A stretch of DNA of 64,000 nt from Octopus vulgaris (GCA_951406725.2 OX597824.1:41540001-41604000), one strand, 5' to 3'. Shown: positions 25,195 through 39,849, numbered from the stretch's first letter. Notes: generated from the sequence alone by a model not told the origin. Translations and numbers: made by a program.

Positions 25195-25533
25195 ATAAAA
25201 AGGGTAAAATACCCAAATGAATGACCATGGGATCGCATGATGAAAATTACCCCCGAGGCACAAGTCCGGGTAAAGTTGTTTATGTAAGACCAGCAGTCAC
25301 CCATGCATACGAGTCTTCCCTCTCACGCCACCGATGTTATCCAAGGGGAAGGCAAAGGCCGATACAGCTCGGCAGCATTGATGTCGCAACTCATTTCTAC
25401 AGCTGAGTAAATTGGAGCACCGTGAAATAAAGTGTCTTGCTCAAGAGCACAACACACAGCCCGGTCCGAAAATCGAATTCCTAACATCATGATTAGAGCC
25501 TGATGCTATAACCACTAAGCTATGCGCCTTCAC
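25195..25533 (-). mobile_element. tRNA-derived SINE (GTGAAGGCGC head family)
   Basis: Minus strand GTGAAGGCGCATAGCTTAGTGG...TTCGATT...CTTGAGCAAGACACTT. Confidence 0.8.
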
Positions 25534-25739
25534 ATGCAAGCCATACATTTCTATCATCTAATTGTCAGTTATTTATGCGACATTTGTTACTTATAATAAT
25601 TCAGCAGGAATTGTACTTGTCCAGAAGATTTTGACAAATTTTCTTGGCTAAATTTCGATGCAGTTATTCACCCATTCACGATTGCAACGTGGACGACACG
25701 AGTTTGTTATTCAGAAATGCACAAAACCCATTAACTTCA

Positions 25740-26465
25740 TTAAACATTTATTTGTTATAAGGTGTTAAAATTTTCGTAGCGCGATACTGCGACTTGCTTA
25801 TTGATAAAATATTGTACAAAAAACTGTGCAACTTTTTGTCAGTGGACAGGTCACAGTTTCGAGCGACGAAATTTTTGATACTATAATGCATCGTTCTTTG
25901 GGGGTTTAACAAATAAATAAATAATAAATTTAAAAAATGTGAAAACAACTCAAAAATATTCTGTAATGCAAATATACGACCATCACGATTAAAAAAGTAT
26001 GGAAAACAGTCGAAATACATAAATAGATACAATCCTTTCACTTTTATAATACTCTCTGATCGAAACATTCAAACGATATACACCAATACACATATAAGAA
26101 AATATAGAAAGTAATAATACACAATTACAACATATGAATAGATAATAAATAAAAAATGTGAAAAAACCACTAAAAATATTCTGAATAACAAAAATTCGAC
26201 CATATAGAATTTAAAAAGCATGGAAGACCCTACATACAAAAAACTATGTACATACAACGAATTAGAGAAAAACCCGTGTAAACCACCGTTTTTTCCGGTT
26301 TGTCCATTTACGCGACAGCTCTGGGTAAAATGTTAAAGGGCATGACCATCCTTGGCACGTAAGTAATGTGTGTGTAAAGTTTGGTGCAAATCGGTTGAGA
26401 ATTGTGGAAATGCATGCGTTAGTTAATATACACACACACAAATTGTGATGTATATATATACTAGA
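25740..26465 (-). mobile_element. Non-autonomous Helitron-like element with internal diverged duplication
   Basis: Minus-strand start TCTAGTATATATATA then (TG)n; AAGTTTGGTGCAAATCGG motif; 25920-26010 resembles 26140-26230; far end uncertain. Confidence 0.45.
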
Positions 26466-26835
26466 TAAAACGTTTAAGTAAAGTTAACACTGAATGATTA
26501 CAATCATTTTAGTTTTAGTAATGAATCTCAGATCAAAACTCTTGCGATGCAAATACATCTCCGTATTCACCAATTGTAAAGCGTCTCTAATTCTCTCAAT
26601 ATGCACTTTTTCCCTTTCGTTTTGACCTTTTGACCTTGGAATATTTACCGTTAATAACACCATATGTTATTGGTCAGACTCAGCAAAAGTGTTCTTTTGG
26701 TGTGATTTTGATTCGAGATCAAAGGTGGTATGTCAGACGATAGGTGTCTGAGATCTCGCACTATTTCTCGACGAATGATTGATGTTGCTGTTGTTTTTAT
26801 TGTTGTTCTTCTTCTTGCTAGTACTGCTACATATA

Positions 26836-26886
<51 letters not shown>

Positions 26887-27626
26887 GTGATGATGACAAC
26901 AGCGACGACGACGGTAGTGGTGAATGATAATATACCATACCCATTCACCCCCAACATTCACAACTGCCATAAAAAAATATATCAACGTCATCATAATTGT
27001 TATCCTCATCACCACCACGACGATACCACCATCATTATCATCATTATTGCCGCCGCCACTACTATCACAACCACCACCACCACCACTACCACCACCACCA
27101 TCGCTATCACCTAATTACATACCATTACTAATGACACTACATACAACAAGCATCAGCATCACAACCACTAACGTATTTCACCCGCTCCTCTTCCCCTCAT
27201 CTTTCGTGTCTTCTTCGTCTTTTTTGCTTCACAATCTTTTACTTTTCTACTGTTATTAAAAGTGTTTAAATAGAATCAGTATTGCTACAAGCGTACACCT
27301 AAATAAGTTAATTATCTTCACATCGTTATTTTCTTGTCTTAATTCATATTGCTTGTTTTTTTTTCTTTCATAGATTTTATTTTATTTTTTTTATTTTTAT
27401 CCTGTAAGTTTGTTTTCATTCATGTTTGCATTTGTTCCTCTCCTTGTTGTTATCGCTATTATTACAATAAGTTGTTCTTGTTGGTACAGCAGTCGCTGTT
27501 ATCATAGTTGTTATTGTTGCTTGTCTCGCCTGTGCATCCAAAATCGCCTCCGGCTAAAGACCCCTCAGTGCAAATAAAATAGATGTCAAAATAAAATAAA
27601 ATTCATAGGAAAAAATATTTGAAAAG

Positions 27627-27672
<46 letters not shown>

Positions 27673-28341
27673 CAACGAAAAAAAAAAATAAAATTTACCA
27701 AAAATGCTCTTTAAAAAAAGGACGCCATTACATGTAGTCAAAATGTCGGCGTATAAAAGCTATTATTGTGAAATTACTTTTTACTGATACCGCTCTTTTC
27801 TTTTATATATAGATTTCATATGCTTTATATTTTGTATTTGATGTTTCGAATACTTTAGACACTTTCTCTTTGTTTTATTTTATTTACCCTATATATATAT
27901 TTATATATATTTTATAATTTATGTATTTTCCGTTTCCTATTTAATACTTTCTGTCATTTTTATATAGTTATACATTACATACATCCACACAAACACACAC
28001 ACACGTATGTATGTGTGAATGTATGTATGTATGTATGTATGTATGTATGTATGTATGTATGTATGTATGTATGTATGTATGTATGTGTGTGTCAATATTT
28101 CTTTGCTTATATTTATATATTTTATACATTTTATGCTTACATGTATTTCAGATGTTATATCTTTCGTGATGTTTTTCTTAAATATTTCTCCCCATATATT
28201 TCGATATATGTATATTTATATTTAATTCATTTTACACATTTTATAATCTATGCATGTCTGTCTGCCTGTCTGTATGTACGTATTTACATATGCAACACAC
28301 CAACAGACTACATACATTAATATGTATGTATACATGTGTGT

Positions 28342-28400
<59 letters not shown>

Positions 28401-29343
28401 ATTATATATGTATGTGATTGTGTGTGTGTGTGTGTGTGTGTGTGGTGTATGCGAGTGTGTGTTTGTGTGTGTATGGTGTCCGTATTTGTGTGTCCCTGCG
28501 TGTTTTAATCTATTTCATACATATATTTATATATACATACCAATTTTATTTGCATTTATGCATTTTTGATATTTTATTTCACATCAGATATGAGTTTCAT
28601 TTTTTCCCGCTCTTTTAATCATGCATATTTTATAGTTCGCTATACACACATACACACGTGCATGCATACATACATACATACATACATACATACATACATA
28701 CATACAAACATACATACATACATACATACATACATACATACATACATTCATGCATATATACATACATACATACATACTTTACATACACACATACATTACA
28801 TGCATACATACATACATTACATACATGCATACATACATACATATATACATACATTACATACATGCATACATACATTCATGCATATATACATACATGCATA
28901 CATACACACATATATATCATATAATAATCGTATATGAAACATATACTTATACAGTGTATATGAATTGTAAATGAATCATATATATATTTATTTATATATA
29001 TGTGTGTGTGTATATTTTTGTGTGTGTGTTTATATGCATATAAGTCGGATTTATATTATGCAACCTCACACGAAGTGAAAAGTGAAAATCAAACCGCTAC
29101 AACAAGATAGCAAAAAAAAAAAAAAGAAGATAAAAATATCTACGGAGATGAGTGTTTCGATCTGATATCTTGCGGTTATAAAATCAAGAAGAAAAAACAG
29201 TAGGAGAGAAAAAAAAAACAATAAGAAAACAATAGAAGAAAAATTGGAAAGCATATTATTGCTACATTATTCAACATTATGTAATAAACTAAGGGATGTA
29301 TTATTTTTTATATAACGCGTTTTATATTATTTGTTTTATACAG

Positions 29344-29371
29344 AATGTGTCGTTTGCTGATTAGGCTGAAG
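29344..29371 (+). CDS. Candidate micro-exon or first coding exon (MCRLLIRLK|)
   Basis: ttatttgttttatacag| acceptor, ATG at 29345, AAG|GTATGT donor in phase 0, inside a non-repetitive island. Confidence 0.3.
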
Positions 29372-29426
29372 GTATGTATAAGCAGCAAGGTGTGTGTATA
29401 TATATATAAATATATATATATATTTA

Positions 29427-29461
<35 letters not shown>

Positions 29462-29648
29462 ACATATATAAGTGTGTTTTTGTGTGTATCTATGTACATA
29501 CGTACATGTATATACACACACATATACATATACATATATATATATATAAATATATAACTGTATGTATGCATGTATGTATGTATCTGTGTATCTATATGTA
29601 TGTATGCTTATATATATATGTATATGTAAATATATATGTGTGTGTGTG

Positions 29649-29688
<40 letters not shown>

Positions 29689-29983
29689 CTTGTGTGTATG
29701 TATGTATATATATGTATATGCATATACATCTGTGTTGGTGTAAATGTACATACATACACACATATATGAATACATGCGTATATGCACACATGGAATATCA
29801 TAACTGTACTTCGGCTGGAGTTAGGGTTTGAACGAGGGTGGGAGAAACGGAATAATGAAAGAAAAGTGAGAGAGAAAGAAAATGTGAGAAAGAAAGACAG
29901 AGAGAGGCATTAGTTGTAGTGGAATGAGACATATTAACTCAGAATAGTAAAATACAAATGCTTATGTACATACACGCACACGT

Positions 29984-30015
<32 letters not shown>

Positions 30016-30428
30016 GCACACTCACTCGCGCGCACACATACGCACACAAACATGTATGTATATATGTGTCTGTGTGTATGTTTATATGTGTGTGTGCGTA
30101 TATGTCTGTATATGTAGATATATATGTATGTGTATATATGTATATATATGTGTGAGTGCGTATGCGTGTGCGTGTATGTACATGTATGCATGGATATAGC
30201 TGTTCGTCTAATTGACTTCTGTGTAATTATGTGATTAGATCCATGTAAATGTTTCATAGCGGTTATCCTGGTGATATCAATACATTCATTATCCTTCTTC
30301 GTGCGTAACATACATACACACGCGCGTACGTGTATACCTAGAGAAGTGGAGTGAAAAAAAAAGTAAAAGAAAGGAATAAAGAAAAAACAAAGAGATGGGA
30401 TGAGACCATTAAGTACTGATGGGAAGAT

Positions 30429-30473
<45 letters not shown>

Positions 30474-30736
30474 AAGATAGATAGATACAGAGAGAGAAAG
30501 AGTGAGAGACAGAAAGGACAAAAAGGGAGAGGTTACGTTGGCGAGAAAGCGGGCATATGTACTGTTATTTGGGTGAGTGTGTGTGTGTGTGTGCGTATAA
30601 TATATATATATATATATATATATCCATGAATATATGTATGTACGTATGCATGTATATGTAAATTCTTCAAAATGTAGCATGGATGAATTTGGGAAGCTTA
30701 ATCCACAAGCGTGCGCCATAAACTTGAGAGAACGGC

Positions 30737-30837
<101 letters not shown>

Positions 30838-30840
30838 ATG

Positions 30841-30871
<31 letters not shown>

Positions 30872-30937
30872 GTATATATGTATATATATGTATATATGTA
30901 TATATATGTATATATGTATATATATGTGTATATATAC

Positions 30938-30971
<34 letters not shown>

Positions 30972-31828
30972 CTGTGTGTGTATGTATACATGCGTAAGAG
31001 TGTGTATCTCGGTGTGTGGTATATGTGTGGGATTTAATTTACATGATAAGTTAAAGCAATCCACATAAATATTCATGAGTTATTTTGATGAAATTATTAA
31101 ATAACAACAAAACGACGAATACAGAATCTGATATAGCAGAGTTTTATTTGAATAGGAAGTAAGGATATTATTGATGTGTATGTTGAAAGAGAGCTGGCCA
31201 TTAGAATTTGACATTTGTTTTTGTATGTTGATATTTTTATTGCATCTACAGAATCTACAATATTGTATTATATCTATGAAATTTCCTGTATATATATGTG
31301 TGCGTGCATGTATGTATATGTGTGTGAAAGTGTGTGCTTGTTATATATACACACGGTTATATATATATTTATGCTTGTTTTTATGTCAAGTTATGCGTAT
31401 TAAAATAAAGGATTACTCAATACATTTTAGTATAGTACATGTAATCCTAACCTTCCCAAAATGTCCAGATTAAAATTTCTAAACAGAAAGCTCATAGCAT
31501 GAACACCGATTTAACCCCAGTCAGACCTTTGATGTGTGACCAAAAGATTGATCTACAAACATTCTTTCGTGAGGCCTAAAGCACTGCTACATCCAACTTT
31601 TATGCCAAAGATGGCGTAACCTGAATTTGACTAACATTGAACCCTAACTGAGCACTTAAGAAAATTTCCCCCATCGAACCGAAGTAAATATCCTCACCAT
31701 AACTTTCTATCATCTCACGCCCTAAAAATTCATACTTTCCTATGAAACTATTTCCTGGCCTGCCTACAACATATCTAATATTCATTCACATAGATCCAGC
31801 TACCGACAAAAAATTATTTGCCAACATC

Positions 31829-32050
31829 TACGAAGTGCGTCCAAAAAGCATCAGACTTTATTTTTTCCCGCCAAAACAAATCCTTTGGGTGAGAAGTGAC
31901 GCTACTCTTTCACCCAGACCTTCATCAATCGGCTCTTCGTTTTGGCTTGTGGATGGTTTACCTGAGCAAGCCACGCTTTCCAATGACGTTTGGCCATGTT
32001 TGAAGCGGTTGTACAACTCCTTGATATAAGTTTTGGCTATAGGGGGGGAA
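31829..32050 (-). mobile_element. mariner remnant (TIR plus transposase N-terminal piece)
   Basis: TACGAAGTGCGTCCAAAAAG TIR-like end; minus strand IKELYNRFKHGQTSLESVACSGKPSTS resembles W..RFK.GR.S.....RSGRPST. Confidence 0.7.
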
Positions 32051-32296
32051 ATGCAATGAAATGTTTAGCGTAAGCTGATTTCTAGAGGCCCCTTGTACTC
32101 TGTAACGTAGTTCAGAACAGTTTGTCTTACTCTTTTAATGGTTTCAGTCATTCCGTGGGCTGTGGTCACACATGAGATTTCCCTTCTAATTAGTTACTTG
32201 ACTTGCTATAAATAATTGTTAATTTTCCCTCAAATCATGAAAATTAAAGCAAATAAGAAAGGAACTCATTGAATAATCTATTCCCACACATACATA

Positions 32297-33255
32297 CGAG
32301 GGCAGGCTGAAACGTTCTTAGACTGACTACAAAGGAGGGATGCTAGAGCTGTGAAATATTGCTTGCATTATTTTCAACTCTTCTTATTAATAAATGCGTT
32401 CTTTCGTTGCAAGTAAACTGATATCTGACTGTTCAAAGAAGACTTCAGAACTGGCAGCGACTGCTCTTGAAAATGAATAAAATATAGCAGAAAAACGGAG
32501 TTTAGCCCCCTGTGACATTCATGTTGACTTGGTTGCTACATTAGGGGATGACGATCCAGCTTTATCAACAGTGCAAAAGTGGGCAGCTAAATTTAGGTGG
32601 GGAAGAGAGAGCCTTGAAGATGACCCAAGGTCTGGACGTACGGCATTTGCCTTCATCGAGGAAAACATCGAGTGCTCACCACATAGTGATGGTTGACAGG
32701 CGATTGACTATAAATCAAATAGCCAATGCTATTAGCATATCCAGTGAGAGACTTGAGAATATTCTGCACAATGAACTTGGCTTGACGAAGAATTTTGTTC
32801 GGTGGGTATCACGTCTTCTGACTCTTGGTTAAAAGCATAATGAAGAGTACTATACCAACTTGCTGTGGCAATTATGAAAGGCTATCAAGATCAAACGCTC
32901 AGCAAAACTGACGAAAGGTGTCTTGTTTCATCAGTACAATTCTCCGGGACACGCGTCCTTGGCTTCAATGGTTGTTGTACTCAACTGTTGCTTTGAACTT
33001 GTTGATAACCTTCCTTATTCTCCTGATTTGGCTCCATCTGACTATCCTCTGTTCCTCAACACTGAAAAGACTCTTGGCTTAGAAGTTGTATCGCAGTGAT
33101 AATGACGTGATATCTGCTTTTGATGACTTTTTTGACCAACAGGATGAAATTTCTACACCAATGGTATTCAAGCACTGCAACACCGATTGGAGAAGCGTGT
33201 GGATCGCTCGCAAGGGGAACTATGTTGAAAAATAAACCTTATTTCCTCGCATTCC
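32297..33255 (+). mobile_element. mariner transposon, internally deleted pseudogene
   Basis: TA|CGAGGG TIR; STVQKWAAKFR..ESLEDDPRSGR, DRRLTINQIA, RWVSRLLT (WVPxxL), LPYSPDLAPSDY, and terminal NYVEK*. Confidence 0.93.
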
Positions 33256-33680
33256 ATGTACATACAATATGATGTTGATGATGGCTGTCTATTCGTGACC
33301 AAGGAAGACCACCACTGACCATTACCCATTCAAATAGCCTGCAATATTCTTGCATGAGGTTATTACACCAGCTGTCGGCTTCACCTGGATTCAGGCCCAT
33401 GGATTCGGTGCTCAGCACGGCGCTCTTCTACTGCACTGGGCACCGGATAGTCGCTTCATTGGCGATTGCAAAACCTAAAATTTTAGGTTCAATAAAGCAT
33501 GCACAAAATGTAGATCCCCTCGACCCTACTGACATGATCCAGAGACAGGATCATGTCAGGGCAAGATATCCAACACTAAACAACGGCGGCGTGGACGACG
33601 TCCATAAGAACAGCAATAGCAACAAGAACATCAGCAACAACAAAGACGACGATGACGACGACGACAACAGCAATAACAGT

Positions 33681-33862
33681 AGAGGTGCAATGGCCCAGTG
33701 GTTAGGGCAGCAGACTTGCGGTCGTAAGAACGCGGTTTCGATTCCCGGTCCTGGCATTGTGAGTGTTTATTGAACAAAACACATAAGCTCCACGAGGCCC
33801 CGGCGGCAGAGGGTGGCGAATCCCGCTGTACTCTTTCACCACAACTTTCTCTCACTCTCACT
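33681..33862 (+). mobile_element. tRNA-derived SINE, 5' part
   Basis: TGGCCCAGTGGTTAGGGCAG...GGTTTCGATTCCC head as at 19097. Confidence 0.85.
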
Positions 33863-34041
33863 GCCACAAAGCAGAAGAACCACGGTGTAACCCACTGTGG
33901 TGTGGTAAACTTTCAGACCCTAGTCTAGATTGCGAATCCTCTGTACCCTAGGATGGTTCAGCTTTCCAGCCGTTAAAAGCCACCGTTTACGGAATGAGGA
34001 TAACAACGTAGCTTTCGCACCCGTGCAACCGCCAGTCTATC

Positions 34042-34215
34042 AGAAGAAGAAGAAGAAGAAGAAGAAGAAGAAGAAGAAGAAGAAGAAGAAGAAGAAGAAG
34101 AAGAAGAAGAAGAAGAAGAAGAAGAAGAAGAAGAAGAAGAAGAAGAAGAAGAAGAAGAAGAAGAAGAAGAAGAAGAAGAAGAAGAAGAAGAAGAAGAAGA
34201 AGAAGAAGAAGAAGA
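34042..34215. repeat. Pure (AAG)n, about 58 units
   Basis: Uninterrupted triplet array. Confidence 0.98.
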
Positions 34216-35026
34216 CAACTGCAACAACAATAGCAACAACTTGGTTGAAGCAAAATTATAACTACTCTTCTTTGTCTGAAACTTTCCCAATAGAATGCAA
34301 ACGACACACTTTCCTCTATTTTGAGAAAAGAAAGTAGTACTATTTATAACTGGCGTATCATTTATTGATTACATACCCATTCGATTATCTATACAAAAGT
34401 GATTGTTTTTATTTATTTATTTATTTATTTATTGCTTTCTTTTTCTTTTAATATATATTTAAAGATTGGTTGTAAGACAAGAAAAAAAAAACGAATTTGT
34501 AAACATCATTTAATGATGAAAACAGAAGAGGATGATGAGGTAGGGTAATGTGACGGAGTGGTGGTTGCGGTGGGGAAGTGGTGTTGCGGTAGAGGTGTGG
34601 TGTTGTGGCTGGCAGCGATGGTGTTGATGGTGAAGGTGGTGGTAGCGAAGTTGGGTGGTGCGATAGGCGGCGGTGTGGTTATGCTGGAGTTGCGTCGTGG
34701 TGGTGGTGGTAGTGGTGGTGGTGGTGGTAGTGATGGTAGTGGTAGTAGTAGCGGCGGCGGTAGTGGTGATAATGGTGGTGATAGCGGAGTTGCGTGGTGT
34801 AGAGTGTGGCGGTGGTGGTTGTGGTGATGGTGGCGGTAGTGTTGGCAGTGTTGGTGGCGGCGGAGTTGTGTGGTGTGATGGTGGTAGTGGTGAAGATCTG
34901 TGGAGTGGCTGTTGCTGTTGTTGTTGGTGATAGTGAAGGCGTGATGGGTGACGCTGGTGGCATTTTAGCAACCACTACCACCAACGATAACAGCAACAAC
35001 AGTAACACCAACTATAGCATCAAAAC

Positions 35027-35061
<35 letters not shown>

Positions 35062-35177
35062 GCTACTACTACTACTAGTCACAAACAACAAGAACAACAA
35101 ACATAGCAACAATAACAACAGCATCAAAGGTCCATTCAGTAACGATAACAGCTTCAGCATGATGAACGAAATCATAT

Positions 35178-35376
35178 AGGCACAAGTATGTTTTTTTAGG
35201 TAAGATGTTTTCTTGCTAATGATGAGGTATTGGGTTCAGTCTCACTATGAGACAAATGACTTTTCTTACGGCCCCGAGCCGAGCAAAGCTATTTGACGGA
35301 AGGAACTGAAAGAAACCCGTCATGTATATAACTCTGCATGTCTGTGTGAGTATGTATATACGTGTGTGTGTATATG

Positions 35377-35432
<56 letters not shown>

Positions 35433-35701
35433 TATACATATATATACATATATGTATATATGTATATGTATATATATATACATATATATATATATGTATA
35501 TATGTATATATGTACATATATACATATACATATATGTATATATGTATATACATATATATACATATATGTATATATATACGTATATATACATATATGTACA
35601 TATTTATACATATATGCATATATGTATATACGTATATATGTATAAGTATGTATATATACGTATATATGGATGTGTATGTATATATGTATTTATATAAGTA
35701 C

Positions 35702-35777
<76 letters not shown>

Positions 35778-36035
35778 CAAACACATATACATACGTTTAT
35801 ATGAGTGTGTGCATGTGTGTGCGTGTGTGTTTGTGTGTCTGCGTTGTGTTTGTCTCCCACCACCATTTGACAACCGGTGTTTGTTTACGCCACCATAACT
35901 TGAAAGATCGGCCAAAGAGGTTTGATAGAATAAGTACCAGATTTAAATGATAAGTTCTGGGTACGATTTACTCGAATAAATCCTTCAAGAAACTGTTCCA
36001 GCATGGGCCACAATCCAATGACTGAAATAGGAGAC
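35178..36035 (+). mobile_element. CORE-type SINE with internal TA/TG tract expanded to ~480 bp
   Basis: Head and GGAACTGAAAGAA at 35178-35320; tail blocks TGACAACCGG, GATAGAATAAGTACC, TCCAGCATGG at 35850-36030. Confidence 0.75.
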
Positions 36036-36612
36036 TTAAGACAAAAGGAAGATATATCATCAGTAAGCGAGAAGAGGAAGGAGAGGAAGAAGACTATCGA
36101 CCGAACTACCACCACCGCCTCCCCCCACACACACCACCGACGACGACAACAACAACAACAACGACAACAATATTATCAAGAAGCAGAACTACAATCACAA
36201 CAACGGCAGCAGCAGAAGGACAGTGTCCAAGAATGCTATTGATTACTTGTCAACGGTGACGTACGTATCCCCATGACAACAGTTGACCTGTGTTGCCATG
36301 GACGCTGTGATAGAATTTCTCCTCAAGTACGTAGAAACGGTACGATTGTGAGGTTGTGTATATGTATGCAGCTATACATATTCACACACGCGCGCTCGCG
36401 CGCACACACACACATGCAAACTTTGGTGTGCGTATGTGTATGCATGCATTTGTGTATGTATGTTTGTATGTATATATGCATGCATGCGTCTATCTATCTA
36501 TCTACCAATCTATCAATGTGTCTAAATGTCTGTCTGTCTGTCTGTTTGTATGTATGTATACATATATATATCTATATACATACATACATACATACATACA
36601 TACATACATACA

Positions 36613-36659
<47 letters not shown>

Positions 36660-36739
36660 GACATCACAAGAACTTATAAACTTTGGGCAGAACGACAAAT
36701 AATTATCTTTTGGAACAGTGAATCTCTAAGCTTATAAAA

Positions 36740-36991
36740 TCTATATATATAAAAGTCAGGTTGTGCATGTGTGTGTGTGTGTGTGTGTGTAAATCCGTAT
36801 AACTTCAGAAGTTCAAAACTGATTTTCTCCAAACTGGGAGCATACATTACTTATGTTCCAGAGATGGTTTTAGACTCTTAAAATTTTTCGCATAACGCGT
36901 AACGGGCCCTCTGGGAGAAGAAAATACCCTTTCTTGGGTTACATGGAGAAGGGAGATAACTCTTTGCTAAGTAACTTCCAGAAACTGCTAG
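36740..36991 (+). mobile_element. Non-autonomous Helitron
   Basis: A|TCTATATATATAAAA 5' end, (TG)n, and CTAG|T 3' end; subterminal hairpin not evident. Confidence 0.6.
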
Positions 36992-37689
36992 TCCCGCTTA
37001 TATCAAGCGCGATTAATCCATTGAACGTTTTTCATCTTTTTAAAATATTGATATTAATTAATGTTTTTTATTGTCATCTCAGTTCATTGTATGTATTTCT
37101 TAAAATTTGCTACGATATTGATACTATTTACCTTTTTTATTGACATTTTATTATTAACCTACAATTGTCATCTCATTTTATTACATCATATTCTTGACTT
37201 TCTCCCAATAGGAGATCTTCCATTGGTCGAAAGATTATCACAATCTCAGTTGGCAGTGTGAAAGAGCAATACTGGCTCCAAAAAACAGCACTGCAGGTAA
37301 AGTTAATGAGCAACATTTGCAGTATCTTCCTGGAAGTTCTCAAAATCTATAAGTCAGTTGATACAATCCCAAACCCAGAAGACATTAATATCGCTATATG
37401 TATGTATGCATGCATGTATGTATGTATGTATGTATGTGTGTATGTATGTATGTATGTATGTCGTATGTATGTATGTATGTATGTATGTATGTATGTATGT
37501 ATGTATGTATGTATGTATGTATGTGTGTATGTATATATGTATGTGCGTGTGTGTGTGTGTACATGCGCCTGTACGTACACTCATGCATGCACAGGTGTAT
37601 ATATATATATACGCATGTATACGCACGTATACTCATAAAACATTCACATGTATGAATGTATGTATACATACGTTTGTATGCATGCATGT

Positions 37690-38900
37690 TCACTTCTGTT
37701 TATGATTATTTAAATTATTGCTCTCAGGTAGAAGCTGGTTTCTAACAAAGTTCCATCACTACAATTTAGATTAAAAGTAACACATTTTAAACATGAGAAA
37801 ATCCCCTCATACTTTTACTGTTCCACTTACAAACTGTATTAGTAATCTATGAATTAGCTGGTTGATTTTTTTTCCCTGAAATCCCTAGCATGTCTAAATT
37901 GTTACTTAGGCATTTACTCACAAAACCATGTGCACCAATTATTATTGGCATAAATGTGAATTTATAATCTGGATATAGAAGCTGGAGGTGTCCAAGCAGT
38001 TGTCTATAGTTATCCTCTTTCTCTTTAATTTTTCAAGTGATATTCGCATCAGCGGAACAGCTGACCTCTATAAAGGTACATACTTTTTCCTGTCTGTCCC
38101 AAACAACAATATCCTGCCAGTTATATTTACATTTAACAGAAGCTTTGATAGGAATGTTCCTCCAGTATTCTTTGTATTGCATTTGCGTACGTATTCAATA
38201 ACAGGGGAATTCTCTGTATGTATTCCAAGACAGTCTTTTTTTCTGGCTGGCATTGTATATTGTCTTTGCGACAACGTTGTGTCGCACAGGGAAGTGGTAC
38301 CTTTGTGAGATTTTTGGGTAGCTGTAAATCCCATGTGTGATGTCTCCTACAGAAATATGACATAATATACATTTTCGGTTGAACTTGGAACTCCAAGGGT
38401 TTCACTCTCTTTTGTTTATTAGGTATTTCGTAGCAATCTCATATTCTTGGATTGCAAATACGTAGCCTTCGAAATGTGATGCAATATAACAGCTACGAGT
38501 CCAAGGGATGCTTCATTTCATGTCGATATTAATAGTCTTCTTCAAGTATTTGATAAACATACCCATGCATAATCATTTTTTGATATGCTGGACGTTTCCT
38601 CTCCAGGTCTTCTTCGAGGTAAGCTAGTGCCGCTGAAAAGGGGTTCTTTGGCAGGTCAGGAAGAGAGTACTTCCTGAGGCGCTCACTCTTAACACGTAAG
38701 ATATTGCTCTCCTCACTGTTCAGCACTAAATTGATGTATCTATTTTGCTGCTGTCTGAGAGAGACTATACGACATTCAAAGGCTGTCAGAACTGCCCCCC
38801 AAGCCTCTACCTCCTATACCCCTTATTACGTAGAGCCTGCCGATATCCCTATTTCTGTGGAGATTTCCAATTGATGTCAGTATCTTCTGGGTTTTAACGT
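37690..38900 (-). mobile_element. R4-clade RLE retrotransposon, (TACA)n-associated family, subfamily A
   Basis: SHFEGYVFAIQEYEI, RHNVVAKTIYNA, DIVVWD..IEVSCSAD..KEKEDNY, LYPDYKFTFMPIIIGA; TATG-type repeats on both flanks. Confidence 0.88.
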
Positions 38901-39012
38901 CTATGTATTTATGTATGCATGTATGTATGCATGTATGTATGTATGTATATACCTCTCTTTCTCTCTCTCGCGTGCGCGCGCTCAGTGTATGTGTGTTTAT
39001 ATATATATATAT

Positions 39013-39054
<42 letters not shown>

Positions 39055-39814
39055 GTCTGTATACGTATATATATTTATAATATATATATATATATATACA
39101 TATTCATATATATATATACATATATATATGTATATATATATATATACATAGACATATGTGTATATATATATATATAACTATGTGTATATATTATATAGAC
39201 AAGTATATATATATATATCTATATATATATATATATGCATATATATACAGGTATATATATATGTATACCTGTATGTATGAATGTATGTATATACGTATAT
39301 ATGTATGTATGATACTTGCATGCATGTAAGTATGCATGTATGATGCCTGCATGTATGTATGTATGTATGTATGTATGTATGTATGTATGTATGTATGTAT
39401 GCGTGCGCGCGTATGTATGTATCAATCTATCTCTCCACCTCCCTCTCTTTATATATATACATATACAGGTATGTACGTAATCATGTATACGCATATCATA
39501 CACACCAACGTGCATTTATGAGCGTACAGGCGTACATAGATGATGTGTCATTGACGTTTGACTTGTGCAAACAGTGAGCCATTAACGGTCTTTGATGGAC
39601 AGCGAGCGAGACGATTAAAACGATGTGTATAGGTTTGATAGCATATATTCTGTGTGTATGTATACATGTTTGGGTATGTATGCATAAAGATTTTTGTGTG
39701 TGTTGTTTGCATGTGTGACAACGTACACTTTCTGTTTATGTATTTATGTATATGTATTTCTGGGCGCATAGATCCATTTATGAGTAGCATAAATGGATAT
39801 ACACGCTTTGTGCA

Positions 39815-39849
<35 letters not shown>

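Noticed and set aside
26670-26780. Possible pre-miRNA with a bantam-like TGAGATC seed
   Set aside because: Only the 7-mer matches; the rest differs from bantam and the hairpins are short and imperfect
33930-34337. Poly-Lys ORF
   Set aside because: Translation of the (AAG)n array
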